Shown piece by piece: positions 9,140 to 17,574 of a stretch of DNA of 25,733 nucleotides (position 1 is the stretch's first letter; every line of letters begins with the position of its first letter). The notes beneath the pieces were generated by a model. It was not told the DNA's origin. It made no database searches and saw nothing but the letters and a program-made list of their open reading frames with translations. Source of the stretch: a virus (Duplodnaviria; Caudoviricetes); the IMG/VR virus record IMGVR_UViG_3300037507_001223, positions 1 to 25,733 of that record; one strand, 5' to 3'. The position numbers and the translations under genes were made by a program.

Positions 9140-9645
9140 CGCGGTTCCAGCCACAGTTCGATTTCCTGATCTGCCGGGTTGAAGAACGCCCGGACATTGA
9201 ACAGCCCAGACACACGCGGAAGCCACCAGTCGGCGGGCTGCACAATCAGATGAGCGTTGCGCCCATCGGGCAGAACCTTCTTCGCCGGGCGCGTGGCGAT
9301 GGTGACGAACGCGCAATGGCGCGTGCATCGCTTCATGTCTTGCAACACGTTGCCCAGCAATTCCGGTTCGATATGCTCAAGCACGTCGCAGGAAATCAAC
9401 ATGTCGGCCGGCGCGGCGGGGGCGGCAAGGTCGGGAATGGCGGGGTCGTAGGACTGCACCGCAGCAAGCGGGAACATCTTCGCCACCCACCTGTTGCCGC
9501 CGCTGCCGTAGTCGAGAAACGACACCGCCTTATACAGATTGGCCATGTGCCGGATGGACCGCTCGAAGCGCGGCGCCGTGGTGCCAAAGTCCGTGGTGGC
9601 GTGGAGGTGGGCGTTTGCGGCGCGGTAGGATTCTGTGATCAGCAT
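9136..9645 (-). CDS. Class I SAM-dependent methyltransferase, 169 aa
   Basis: Start re-assigned to ATG 9645 (TAATG overlap, SD GGAG). LDYGSG (motif I), YDPA, CDVLEHIEP, LPDGRNAHL motifs. Confidence 0.85.
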   Translation of the reverse strand: MLITESYRAANAHLHATTDFGTTAPRFERSIRHMANLYKAVSFLDYGSGGNRWVAKMFPLAAVQSYDPAIPDLAAPAAPADMLISCDVLEHIEPELLGNVLQDMKRCTRHCAFVTIATRPAKKVLPDGRNAHLIVQPADWWLPRVSGLFNVRAFFNPADQEIELWLEPR

Positions 9646-10979
9646 TACGCCGCGCACTCCTCGCGCTTCCACACATACCGCAGCGCGTCTACCACGCGCC
9701 CCATCACCGGGGCCCAATCGCTTTCGTCCGCCGCCTGCCGGTAGAGGTCCACCGTCTCATACCAAGGCATGTCGCCCGTGATCCCGTAGCGCCACGCGGG
9801 CTTATTGGACACGATGCCCAGCACATGCGCGCCCACCGCCCCGCCGAGGTGCAAGGCCGTCTGCTGCACACTCACCAGCGCCACCGCAGCCGCGATAGCC
9901 TCGGCCTGGCGCGTCAGGTCGCCCGCCGCATCCGCGTCGTGTTCAATGCCCAGCGCCGCCGCCATGCCCGGCCCATCGGGGCCATACTGGATAGACACCG
10001 GCCGCAGCCCCACGGCGCGGATCGCTTCCACCACGGGGCGCCAAGCGTCCACGGGCGGGTTGCGAAGGTAGTCATGGGTCTGCATCGTGCCGCCGCGCAT
10101 GGCCAGCAGAACGGCATCGGTGGACAGTAGCCCACCCGGCGCGCGCAGATACCCGCTCCGCTTCGGAGGGATGCCGCCCGCGCACAGTTCGGGCAAATCC
10201 CCCAGCGCCACGTGGGCAATCACGCCGTCGCCGGGATGGCGGTATTCCTCCGCCCGGCCGATCACGGTAGCCTGCGGGAACGACTGGCGCACCAACGGCA
10301 CTAGACGCGGGTTCACCTCGATCACAACGCCCCGATGCGCCCGGTCTATCAGTTCCGGCAGGCAACCAAGGAACATCACTTCATCGCCGAGGCCCTGCTC
10401 GCCGTGGGCGATTAACCAATCCACATCCTCGCCGCGCCAGCGGTCGCCGGGGTAATGTCGCTCCACACATCCCGGCACCACGCGACGGCGCCAATGCGGC
10501 CACGCCTCATCCCACCGGCCGAGCTCCATCAGGCACAGCGCGAGGTTCAAATGCGCAGGCAACGGGGCATCCGGCGCGGCAACGGCACGTTCGCCCCAGC
10601 GAACGCCCTCCGCCGGGTTGCCTTCGTTTACGTAGCTGCCGCACATGCCGTTCAGCGCGCCGGCATGGTTGGGCGCCGCCTTCAACGCCCGTTCGTAAGC
10701 CGCCCGGCCCCACTCGATATGACCGGCAAACCGCAGCGTCGCGCCGAAGTTGGCCCACACGTCGGGATGCTCTTGCGCCACCAGCGTTGCGTGCGAAAAC
10801 GCAGCGATGGCCGAGCCGATGTTGCCCAGATGATGATGCGCGATGCCTAGCCCATTCGCGGCTTCGGCAATCTTGGGCTGCTTGGACAGCACCGCATCGA
10901 AAATCTTTGCGGCCTCTTGCCACTTGTGCGCCTGCAACAGCGCCTCGCCCTCGCGGAGAAATTCGATCACGGGCCGCAT
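9645..10979 (-). CDS. TPR-repeat glycosyltransferase (GT-B, GT9/FlmG-like architecture), 444 aa
   Basis: About five TPRs in the first ~160 aa (NGLGIA.H.LG, ANFGATL...G, LNLALCL..LG.WDEAW), then W.GE, EQGLGDEVMF, RL.PL..SFP, S.QYG, HLGGAVG and WRY...MPWY.TV.LYRQ motifs; SD GGAG. Confidence 0.85.
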   Translation of the reverse strand: MRPVIEFLREGEALLQAHKWQEAAKIFDAVLSKQPKIAEAANGLGIAHHHLGNIGSAIAAFSHATLVAQEHPDVWANFGATLRFAGHIEWGRAAYERALKAAPNHAGALNGMCGSYVNEGNPAEGVRWGERAVAAPDAPLPAHLNLALCLMELGRWDEAWPHWRRRVVPGCVERHYPGDRWRGEDVDWLIAHGEQGLGDEVMFLGCLPELIDRAHRGVVIEVNPRLVPLVRQSFPQATVIGRAEEYRHPGDGVIAHVALGDLPELCAGGIPPKRSGYLRAPGGLLSTDAVLLAMRGGTMQTHDYLRNPPVDAWRPVVEAIRAVGLRPVSIQYGPDGPGMAAALGIEHDADAAGDLTRQAEAIAAAVALVSVQQTALHLGGAVGAHVLGIVSNKPAWRYGITGDMPWYETVDLYRQAADESDWAPVMGRVVDALRYVWKREECAA

Positions 10980-10991
10980 GCAATCTCCACA

Positions 10992-11018
10992 AATGGAAAG
11001 GGGGGCCGAAGCCCCCCT
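10992..11018 (-). terminator. Intrinsic terminator after the capsid/decoration genes
   Basis: mRNA AGGGGGGC-UUCG-GCCCCCCU (8-bp stem, cUUCGg tetraloop) followed by UUCCAUUU. Confidence 0.75.
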
Positions 11019-11034
11019 CCCGTTGATCGGCTGG

Positions 11035-11499
11035 TTACGGGCCAGCCTCGCCCGGCATTAGGTATCCGACCATCAGCCCAAAGGAAGAGGTCGCAGTCGG
11101 CGACGTTGCCGTTGCCACCGTCAGGGCCAGAGTGATGTGGCGCGGGGTTGCATCGTCCGACAGGCTGACAAGAAACGGCATCTGCTGCGTTGCAGAGGTG
11201 CCGGCCGTCTGCCCGACCGCGATGAACTGATGCGTCGCCGAAATCGTCACCGGCCCAAACAGCGATGCGCTAGTCGTGGTGCCAAGGTTGAACACCGTCC
11301 CACCGCCCGCCGAAGCGCGGCCGAAGAACTTGAGGTCAACGATGGTGGCGCCGTGCGGGATTTTCGCCATCAGGAACACGTCACCGGCCGAAACGGTGGA
11401 ACCGTTGGCGACGTAGTTGGACACCATGTAGGTGATGGCGTTGTAGTTGCTGCGGGGCTGGACGAAATCATGCCCAGCATCAGCGGTTTTCGTGGCCAT
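11035..11499 (-). CDS. Capsid decoration / minor capsid protein, 154 aa
   Basis: Directly follows the major capsid gene with strong SD AAGGAGG; AGDV..M.KIP.GATI.D beta-rich motif; very Ser/Thr rich. Confidence 0.75.
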   Translation of the reverse strand: MATKTADAGHDFVQPRSNYNAITYMVSNYVANGSTVSAGDVFLMAKIPHGATIVDLKFFGRASAGGGTVFNLGTTTSASLFGPVTISATHQFIAVGQTAGTSATQQMPFLVSLSDDATPRHITLALTVATATSPTATSSFGLMVGYLMPGEAGP

Positions 11500-11512
11500 G
11501 TGCTTGCCCTCC

Positions 11513-12565
11513 TTACGGCTGCGGCGAGTGAGTGGCCATGGTGATCACCCCGAAATCCTGGGAATTGAACACCGCCTTTTTGCACCCGTAGATGCGGCCA
11601 GCCGAGACGCCCAGCTTGTTCCCGTAGTCGAACATCTCTTCCGACCACGACATGCTGGAATCCGAGCCATCGCCGCCGCTGGCCCAAAGCGCCGCCTGCG
11701 CACCCGCGAACACGGCGCGATACGCCGAGGTTGAGGAGCCAAGCGAGAAGCTGGGCATATACGGGCACTCGTGCAGCACGACGCCGTTATACATGCCGAG
11801 CATGCCAGTAAAGATCGGCGAGTCCGCCGAACGGGCGCCGGCCATCGCCGACTTCTGGATATCTGCCCACTGCACCGTGCTGGTGCTGGTCCGCATCTGG
11901 TAGACCTGGAACGGATGCAGGAACGCGACGTAATACTCGTCGCCGTTGATCCGAATGGGCTTGATCATCGGCGTGAGGGTCTTGGCGCGCGCCACGGCAC
12001 GATCCAGCAGCGTGAGCGAGAACTGATGCGCCGCCGCCGTGGAAAGCGAAGCCTCGGCGGTTTCGCCCGCAACCAGCAGGTTGTTGCTGGACGGCGCCGT
12101 GGCCGAGTTGTTGCCGGTGAAAGCGGTGTTAGTCTGCGTGGTGTTGCCGCAAAGCTGGTTGGCAATCGCCACTTCATCACGCTGCGCCCACCAGTCGGCG
12201 AGAGCCTGCATGGACTCTTCACGCACGCTGAACGGAACGCGCTGTTCCGACATCTTGCCGCCGCTCACCACCGCGTGACGAATCTGATTGATCAGAACAT
12301 CATCGTTGTAGAGCGTCAGGGCCTCTTCGTTGCCTTCCAGCGAGGCATCGCCCTGAATGCCGGAGCCGGAAAGCTGCATCCGCAGGCCAACGCGCACGCG
12401 GTCACCTGGACCCTTGCGCAGTTCGTCGACCTTCTGAATGACGGACGTGGGACCGCTGCCGATGAACTTGGAAAACCACATCTGCTTGAGGGATTCGACA
12501 TGCAGACGCTTACGCCAAGCCTTCACGGCGAGCGGATGGTTTACCCCAAAGGAGGTATCAGCCAT
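11513..12565 (-). CDS. Major capsid protein, N4-gp56 family (DUF4043-like), 350 aa
   Basis: PLAVK.W...L, GD.V..GLR.QL.G.G..GD..LEGNEE.L, NQ.RHAV...G.MSEQR, FLHP.Q, P.F.G.LGMYNGV.LHE, EE.FDYGN, K..FN..DFGVI motifs. Confidence 0.93.
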   Translation of the reverse strand: MADTSFGVNHPLAVKAWRKRLHVESLKQMWFSKFIGSGPTSVIQKVDELRKGPGDRVRVGLRMQLSGSGIQGDASLEGNEEALTLYNDDVLINQIRHAVVSGGKMSEQRVPFSVREESMQALADWWAQRDEVAIANQLCGNTTQTNTAFTGNNSATAPSSNNLLVAGETAEASLSTAAAHQFSLTLLDRAVARAKTLTPMIKPIRINGDEYYVAFLHPFQVYQMRTSTSTVQWADIQKSAMAGARSADSPIFTGMLGMYNGVVLHECPYMPSFSLGSSTSAYRAVFAGAQAALWASGGDGSDSSMSWSEEMFDYGNKLGVSAGRIYGCKKAVFNSQDFGVITMATHSPQP

Positions 12566-12737
12566 CGTTGCACCTATGTGTGAGAGATTGTTCCAGTGCT
12601 GGGCTGCGTGCCTAGCGAACGAAACGCCCTCTCACGCGGGGCGATGGCGAAACGGCCTGAGTCCGTGGCCGAACGGCGCCCATGCGCAGGGCTGGCGAAA
12701 CGTCCAATGTTTACGTCGCTAGACGCACGACGGCTTG
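12566..12737 (-). ncRNA. Candidate structured 5' leader (cis-regulatory RNA) of the capsid gene
   Basis: Long-range pairing of 12716-12727 with 12605-12618 enclosing several hairpins; CGUUUCG three times; no ORF. Folded by eye only. Confidence 0.5.
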
Positions 12738-12743
12738 CCGGTG

Positions 12744-12773
12744 ACTTTAACCGCGATAGTTAGCGGTTGTCAA
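12744..12773 (-). promoter_or_regulatory. Sigma70-type promoter for the capsid gene
   Basis: TTGACA (12773-12768, containing the scaffold TGA) - 18 nt - TAAAGT (12749-12744); inverted repeat AACCGC/GCGGTT across the spacer. Confidence 0.65.
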
Positions 12774-13627
12774 CCGCCGGATCGCATCAGTTTATCAACA
12801 AGCGCCGGATTCTTGCGGTAGAGCGCGTCGAACTGATCGCTGGGCATGTTGGCCAGTTCGGCGAAGGTCATGCCGTCGCCGGCCGCGCGCGTGTTGCCGC
12901 CGGCCGTGCTGCGCGCCGCCTGCTGGCCCCGCTGCATCGCGTCGATACGGGCCTCTGCCGGCGGGGATTTGGCAGAGAAGCCGCGCGATTTGGCCAGCTT
13001 GTAAATGGCCTCTGCCGGGCTGCGGCCATCGCGAAAGGCACGTTCCGCAATCTTGCGCTCCTGCTCCTGCAATTCCGCGCGGGCCTCCTGCGCGGGATAG
13101 CCGATTTCCATGTAGTCTTGCAGAAGCAACTGCGTGACGTGGTTGTAAGCCTCGCCGAAATCCGGCGCGCGCTGGGCGAACTGCGCCGCGTCGGCCTGGT
13201 AGCTGGCCAAAAACTGCTGCTGCTGGTGCTGCGCCTGCGACTGCTGCGCCGACTGGTCGCGGAACTGCTTCACCTCGGCAAGCTCGCGCTGCGTGGCGTC
13301 AAGCTGCGCCTTGAAGAAGCCCACGGGGTCGGTGTTGATATCCGGCACCGGCTCGCGCGGCTGCTGCGGCGGCTGGAACTGGTGAAGCAACTGCTGCAAC
13401 CGTTCGTTGCCGCGCTCCATCTGCTCTTGCAGCCGCGCCCGCTCGGCCCGCTCGCGCTTCAGCGCCTCGCGTTCCTCCATCAGCACGGCAAGCGGCACGG
13501 TCTGTTTCGGCTGGGGTGCCGCTTCGGCAGTTTCCGCAGGCGGCGGCGCTTCCGGTTCCGGGGCGAACGCCTCCGTATCGGTGGAGGTGTCCTCATAGGC
13601 GGCGGGGTCAGTCTGTGTCTCGCTCAA
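12770..13627 (-). CDS. Capsid scaffolding protein, 285 aa
   Basis: Acidic/Pro N-terminus, VPL..L.EER motif, coiled coil, SPAE.IY.LAK.RG, C-terminal LANM..DQF; just upstream of the capsid gene; TTGA overlap, SD GAGG. Confidence 0.85.
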   Translation of the reverse strand: MSETQTDPAAYEDTSTDTEAFAPEPEAPPPAETAEAAPQPKQTVPLAVLMEEREALKRERAERARLQEQMERGNERLQQLLHQFQPPQQPREPVPDINTDPVGFFKAQLDATQRELAEVKQFRDQSAQQSQAQHQQQQFLASYQADAAQFAQRAPDFGEAYNHVTQLLLQDYMEIGYPAQEARAELQEQERKIAERAFRDGRSPAEAIYKLAKSRGFSAKSPPAEARIDAMQRGQQAARSTAGGNTRAAGDGMTFAELANMPSDQFDALYRKNPALVDKLMRSGG

Positions 13628-13899
13628 GCAATACCTCTCGTGAGTTGCATGCGGGTTGCGACAATCAGCCTATCCACCACCGCGCGTTCGTCGGGCGGGA
13701 GGCTGTCGTAATTTGGGCAGGGGACGGGTTCCGGCTCGGCCGCCACGGCCGGCGCTTCCTCGGGCACCTCTTCGTATCGGCCGCTCACCATCGGCCCGCG
13801 AAACTTGCGCTTGAACTTGCCCGCTTGCGCGGCTGGGTCGTCGGCGTCACCGGAAACCGCCTGCCCAGAAATCGGCCGGGCGGAAATGGGGCCTGCCAT
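13624..13899 (-). CDS. Hypothetical protein, 91 aa
   Basis: Coupled on both sides (TGATG and TTGA overlaps). Confidence 0.65.
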   Translation of the reverse strand: MAGPISARPISGQAVSGDADDPAAQAGKFKRKFRGPMVSGRYEEVPEEAPAVAAEPEPVPCPNYDSLPPDERAVVDRLIVATRMQLTRGIA

Positions 13900-14054
13900 C
13901 AGTCAGGCTCGGCCGGCGCCGGGTTCGCTGCCAGCCATTCCTCGTATTTGCCGAACGCCTTGGCAGCCTGGAGCCACATTTCCGGCGTCATGCGCGAGGT
14001 CGGAGCATACGTCTCGTTGACGTATCGCGCTTCATCGTCAGTCATGTTCTGCAT
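13899..14054 (-). CDS. Hypothetical protein, 51 aa (missing from ORF track)
   Basis: MQNMTDDEARYVNETYAPTSRMTPEMWLQAAKAFGKYEEWLAANPAPAEPD; SD GAGG upstream; stop overlaps the next ATG (TGATG). Confidence 0.7.
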   Translation of the reverse strand: MQNMTDDEARYVNETYAPTSRMTPEMWLQAAKAFGKYEEWLAANPAPAEPD

Positions 14055-14087
14055 CAAGACACCCTCACCATCAGAGCGGAGTTATAT

Positions 14088-14106
14088 CGGTAAATGCCAT
14101 TCACCG
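14088..14106. promoter_or_regulatory. Imperfect palindrome in an AT-richer intergenic gap; possible operator or internal promoter element
   Basis: CGGTAAAT-GCC-ATTCACCG; adjacent TATAAC on the minus strand could be a -10 element, no convincing -35. Confidence 0.35.
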
Positions 14107-14114
14107 GAACGCAT

Positions 14115-14285
14115 TCACTTTGCGTCGTTGGCGTCAGGCTGCGCGGGCGGCTGCTGCGCCGCCTGCATCGCAGCCTCAAACGCCTGGATCGCCTGCCGCT
14201 CCATCGCCAATGGCGGGCGCTGGCCCAGCATCATGGCATAAAGCGTCTGCCACACATCGGCGGGGAGAGAAGGGGAAAGGGTCAT
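14115..14285 (-). CDS. Small protein after the fibre gene, possible fibre chaperone, 56 aa
   Basis: ATG 14285 overlaps the fibre stop (ATGA); short helical protein of the kind that follows fibre genes. Confidence 0.6.
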   Translation of the reverse strand: MTLSPSLPADVWQTLYAMMLGQRPPLAMERQAIQAFEAAMQAAQQPPAQPDANDAK

Positions 14286-17200
14286 GCCACTTGATTCCAT
14301 TGCGTTCCGTTGTAGGCCACGGTTGCGCGGCCATAGTTGTCGTTAATCACTAGCGTTGCCGCGCCGTCGATGTTGCCGGCGGCAGGCGTGATGGTGATGT
14401 GGTTAACGTGGGCATCGCCCTTGCCGTCCTTGATCGTGTAGCGGCGCCCAGTCACGCCTGCCGGGAGGTTGACCGTCGTTGCCGCGCCAACCGTCTTGTT
14501 TACTACCACCACATCATCCGTCGCGCTCACGGTCACGGCGCCGGCTGCGGTCACGACACGCAGCGCCAGGATTTGGCCGGTGCTTGTAACGGTGCCGCTG
14601 CCATTTACCCGGAAGCCCGGCGAGGCAAACGCCGCCGTGCTGAAGGTGCAAGCCACCGTTTCAAAATCGATGCCGTAGTCCACCGTCTTTGCGGGCGTCC
14701 CGCCCGGGTTGGTAATCGCAATCAACTTGCCGGTCGTGGCGATGGGCCAACCTGCGGCTTCCTGCCCGCCAAACGCGATCCCGACAAGCAATTGCTGCCC
14801 AACGCCATCGGACGAAAACGCCAGCCCGTTGTAAGAAGTTGTCGGGGCCACGCCATTTCTCAGCGGCGAAATTTTCAGCACGTTTACGAAGGTTGCCGAA
14901 GCCCCCGAAAGAATGCCCGCGCCAATTTCCATCGCCTCCACAAGCCCAGCAGACCCGCCGCTAGTTAGCCTCGCGTCGCCCGTATAAGCGCACAGATACC
15001 CGTTGTTGAGGTTTACGCCAGCCTGCGCCGTCGAGTTCGTGCCTGTGTAGAACATGGCCGATGTGGTAGCGGCGCTGTTTACTTGGATCAGCGCACGCAA
15101 CGATGCCCGTCCGCCCGTGTAAGAACCGCTTATCAAATGGCCAAAATAATGGGCGTAGAAGTCCGTTCCGCCGTTGTCGAGCGTGTCATTGATGTTGAAT
15201 GTGTTTCCTGAGAACGCCCCGCCACCTGTGCCGCCGAGATTGTTGTCAGACTGAATAAACCGGGTCACGCTTCCGGATGCGGTTTGCGTGAAACTCTGAA
15301 GTATCCCGCGCTCAGCCCTGATGCGCGCCCCAGCGCCCTTCCCCGACAAGATCAAATCAACGATGGCGTCACTTCCGGCTGTGGAAAGCGTGGGGTTGCT
15401 GCCCCCAGCTGCCCCGGTCACGGTCAGGAAATTGGCGTAGTTGTTGCCGATGTTGATTGGCGCGTTCACCCCAACCATCGTCACCTTGAACGTGGCCGCG
15501 CGATACACGCCCGTGGTGGCGCTGGTCGAAACAGTTGGAGGCAGGAACTCGCCGTATCCGCTGCCGCCGCCCGTCACGTTCACGGAAAGAATGGTGTAGG
15601 CAGGAATGAACGTGAACGCGATGCCGCTGCCGGCGCTGGTCGTGACTACGCCAACACCCGCCGCCGTGATCGTCGTGCTGCTCACGGCCTGGCCGATGCT
15701 TACCGTATACGTGCCGGTCCCACCCGTGCCCGTGCCTAGGGCCGTGATGTAGGTGTTGGCCGCGATACCTGTGCCCGTCACCACCATGCCAACGGCAAGC
15801 GTGCCGCTGGTCACTGCCGTTACCGTCAGCGTAAAGCCGGCAATTTCGCCGGTCACAACCGCCGCCGTGGAAGGCAGCGCCGTGTAGCGCCCCGGATTGG
15901 TGATCAGGAAGCCCAGCACCCCGCCCGACCCGTTGATGCGCGTAACGATGCCCGCCGCCGGCCCGCCGGCCTCAATCGTGCCGCTCGCCGCCACTTGCGA
16001 CGTGTCTACGATGTAAGTGCCGGACCCGCCCGCCCCGGTGTCGAAAGCAATGATGCGCGTGCCCAGCACCACGTTTGCCCCGACAATCACCGAACGGTTG
16101 GTAATCGTGCCCGCCGAAACCGCCGTCACCGTCAGGACGTTGCCGCTGATGGACCCGGTAAACGTGGCCTTGGCCGTTGCCGTGCCGCCCAGCACCTCGA
16201 ACGTGTCGCCCACGATATGCGTGGCGCCGTTGTTGCCGATCGAGAAGCTGCCCATGATGCCCCAGGCATTTACCGCAGCCGTGGCACCGCCGGCCATGCT
16301 GAGCGTGATGGCGCCGCCGTAAAGCCCGCCGTCCAGCACCTCGATAGCCGAAACAGTCGCCGTCTTGGCAACCACCGACCCAGACGTTTGTAGCGTGCCA
16401 CCCGCCGCCACCGTGGCGCCGAGATTGCCCAGCCCATCCACCTTGAAACCGATGGACTTGAACGCGCTTTCGCGGATGCGAGCCAAGTTCGAAAAGTCGA
16501 TGCCGGCGCCGATAGCCGCCTCTGGCCCGTTGATGATCCCGCCTTCCGTGATGCCTTCCATCACGTGAGATGTTTCAGTAAGCGGCCACCACCCCTCGAC
16601 GCCGCCCATCGCATAGGCAATTCCGACGCCCGGCGCTTTGCCGCTGGCCTGTAGGCCGACAGAATAAGCGTAATCCTGCTGCAACCCCCGGCGCGCATCC
16701 TGGTCCAAGTAAACGACTTTGACGCCACCTTTCCAAAGCACTTGCGCCTCAGCTTCGACGGCAACATCAAATTCGTCGGCGAATATCTGCGTCAGATGCG
16801 GCCCGGAACCGTTTTGAACCCACGCAATTTCGTTTCGAGCAAAAACACTCCCTCGCGCCGCGCCCGCAGTGCCGCCGAAACTGGCCTCAGTCCGGATTTC
16901 ACTAGCGCCCGAAACGTGGAAGGCGCCTGCCCCTGCCGTGACGGCGCCCGTGACGTTCTGAAATGTTGCGTGCGTCGTTCTGCCGCCGCTCGCATTTGTC
17001 GAAACGGTATGCCCCATGTAATTCAGGGTCATTCCGTCCGTTGTATTGGCAAAAGTTACTGCGTCGGAGTCACCCGTAAACATCCAATACCCGGTTTTTG
17101 GGGCGGTAAGATTTGTCGAAAACAGATTTGCGGAAACTCGCAGATTCGCACCCGAATCCGTTACTGCTTCCACGGACTGCATGCGCAACCCTGTCGGCGC

Positions 17201-17563
17201 TGTCAGGGCAAAGGGGCTGGTGCCGATGTAAACCCGCTCAAACCACGGATTGTCATAGGCATTGGCCGGGTAGTTGATCCAAACTTCCTGCGCCTCGCCC
17301 GAAAACGACACGTTCACGCCCGCGCCGCTTGAGCCATCGTAGGCCGTGGTGCGGGCAAGCGTCTGCGTGGCAGTCGTCCACGTCGCCATGAACGTCTGCC
17401 ACTGGCCCGCCGCGTTGCGCACACACACCAGCGTCGTGTCGCCGTTGGCCAGCACATCGGTAAACCGCTGGTATCCACCGGGAACAACGCCGGTTACTCG
17501 GATCGCACCCGTCCCGTTCGTGTCCGTGTATTCACGGACGCGATCCCTCAGCACAAACGGCAT
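14282..17563 (-). CDS. Large fibre / spike protein, 1093 aa
   Basis: N-terminal VL.DRVRE.T.T.GTG...L.R virion attachment domain, Gly/Thr/Ala-rich beta repeats, C-terminal TV.LPA...G....IKD..G......ITI....G.IDG...Y.G..W domain; SD AGGA. Confidence 0.85.
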   Translation of the reverse strand: MPFVLRDRVREYTDTNGTGAIRVTGVVPGGYQRFTDVLANGDTTLVCVRNAAGQWQTFMATWTTATQTLARTTAYDGSSGAGVNVSFSGEAQEVWINYPANAYDNPWFERVYIGTSPFALTAPTGLRMQSVEAVTDSGANLRVSANLFSTNLTAPKTGYWMFTGDSDAVTFANTTDGMTLNYMGHTVSTNASGGRTTHATFQNVTGAVTAGAGAFHVSGASEIRTEASFGGTAGAARGSVFARNEIAWVQNGSGPHLTQIFADEFDVAVEAEAQVLWKGGVKVVYLDQDARRGLQQDYAYSVGLQASGKAPGVGIAYAMGGVEGWWPLTETSHVMEGITEGGIINGPEAAIGAGIDFSNLARIRESAFKSIGFKVDGLGNLGATVAAGGTLQTSGSVVAKTATVSAIEVLDGGLYGGAITLSMAGGATAAVNAWGIMGSFSIGNNGATHIVGDTFEVLGGTATAKATFTGSISGNVLTVTAVSAGTITNRSVIVGANVVLGTRIIAFDTGAGGSGTYIVDTSQVAASGTIEAGGPAAGIVTRINGSGGVLGFLITNPGRYTALPSTAAVVTGEIAGFTLTVTAVTSGTLAVGMVVTGTGIAANTYITALGTGTGGTGTYTVSIGQAVSSTTITAAGVGVVTTSAGSGIAFTFIPAYTILSVNVTGGGSGYGEFLPPTVSTSATTGVYRAATFKVTMVGVNAPINIGNNYANFLTVTGAAGGSNPTLSTAGSDAIVDLILSGKGAGARIRAERGILQSFTQTASGSVTRFIQSDNNLGGTGGGAFSGNTFNINDTLDNGGTDFYAHYFGHLISGSYTGGRASLRALIQVNSAATTSAMFYTGTNSTAQAGVNLNNGYLCAYTGDARLTSGGSAGLVEAMEIGAGILSGASATFVNVLKISPLRNGVAPTTSYNGLAFSSDGVGQQLLVGIAFGGQEAAGWPIATTGKLIAITNPGGTPAKTVDYGIDFETVACTFSTAAFASPGFRVNGSGTVTSTGQILALRVVTAAGAVTVSATDDVVVVNKTVGAATTVNLPAGVTGRRYTIKDGKGDAHVNHITITPAAGNIDGAATLVINDNYGRATVAYNGTQWNQVA

Positions 17564-17574
17564 ATCGTGAGTTC

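Noticed and set aside
9136-9645. DNA methyltransferase interpretation
   Set aside because: No DPPY/NPPY or PC catalytic motif; short Rossmann domain in a glycosyltransferase context fits a small-molecule or sugar methyltransferase.
12600-12730. Possible hammerhead ribozyme or tRNA (several CGAAAC and a CTGAG on the plus strand)
   Set aside because: No CUGANGA core in the correct order and no T-loop/cloverleaf; kept only as a generic structured leader.
12747-12765. CtrA box
   Set aside because: Half-site spacing and sequence do not match TTAA-N7-TTAA.
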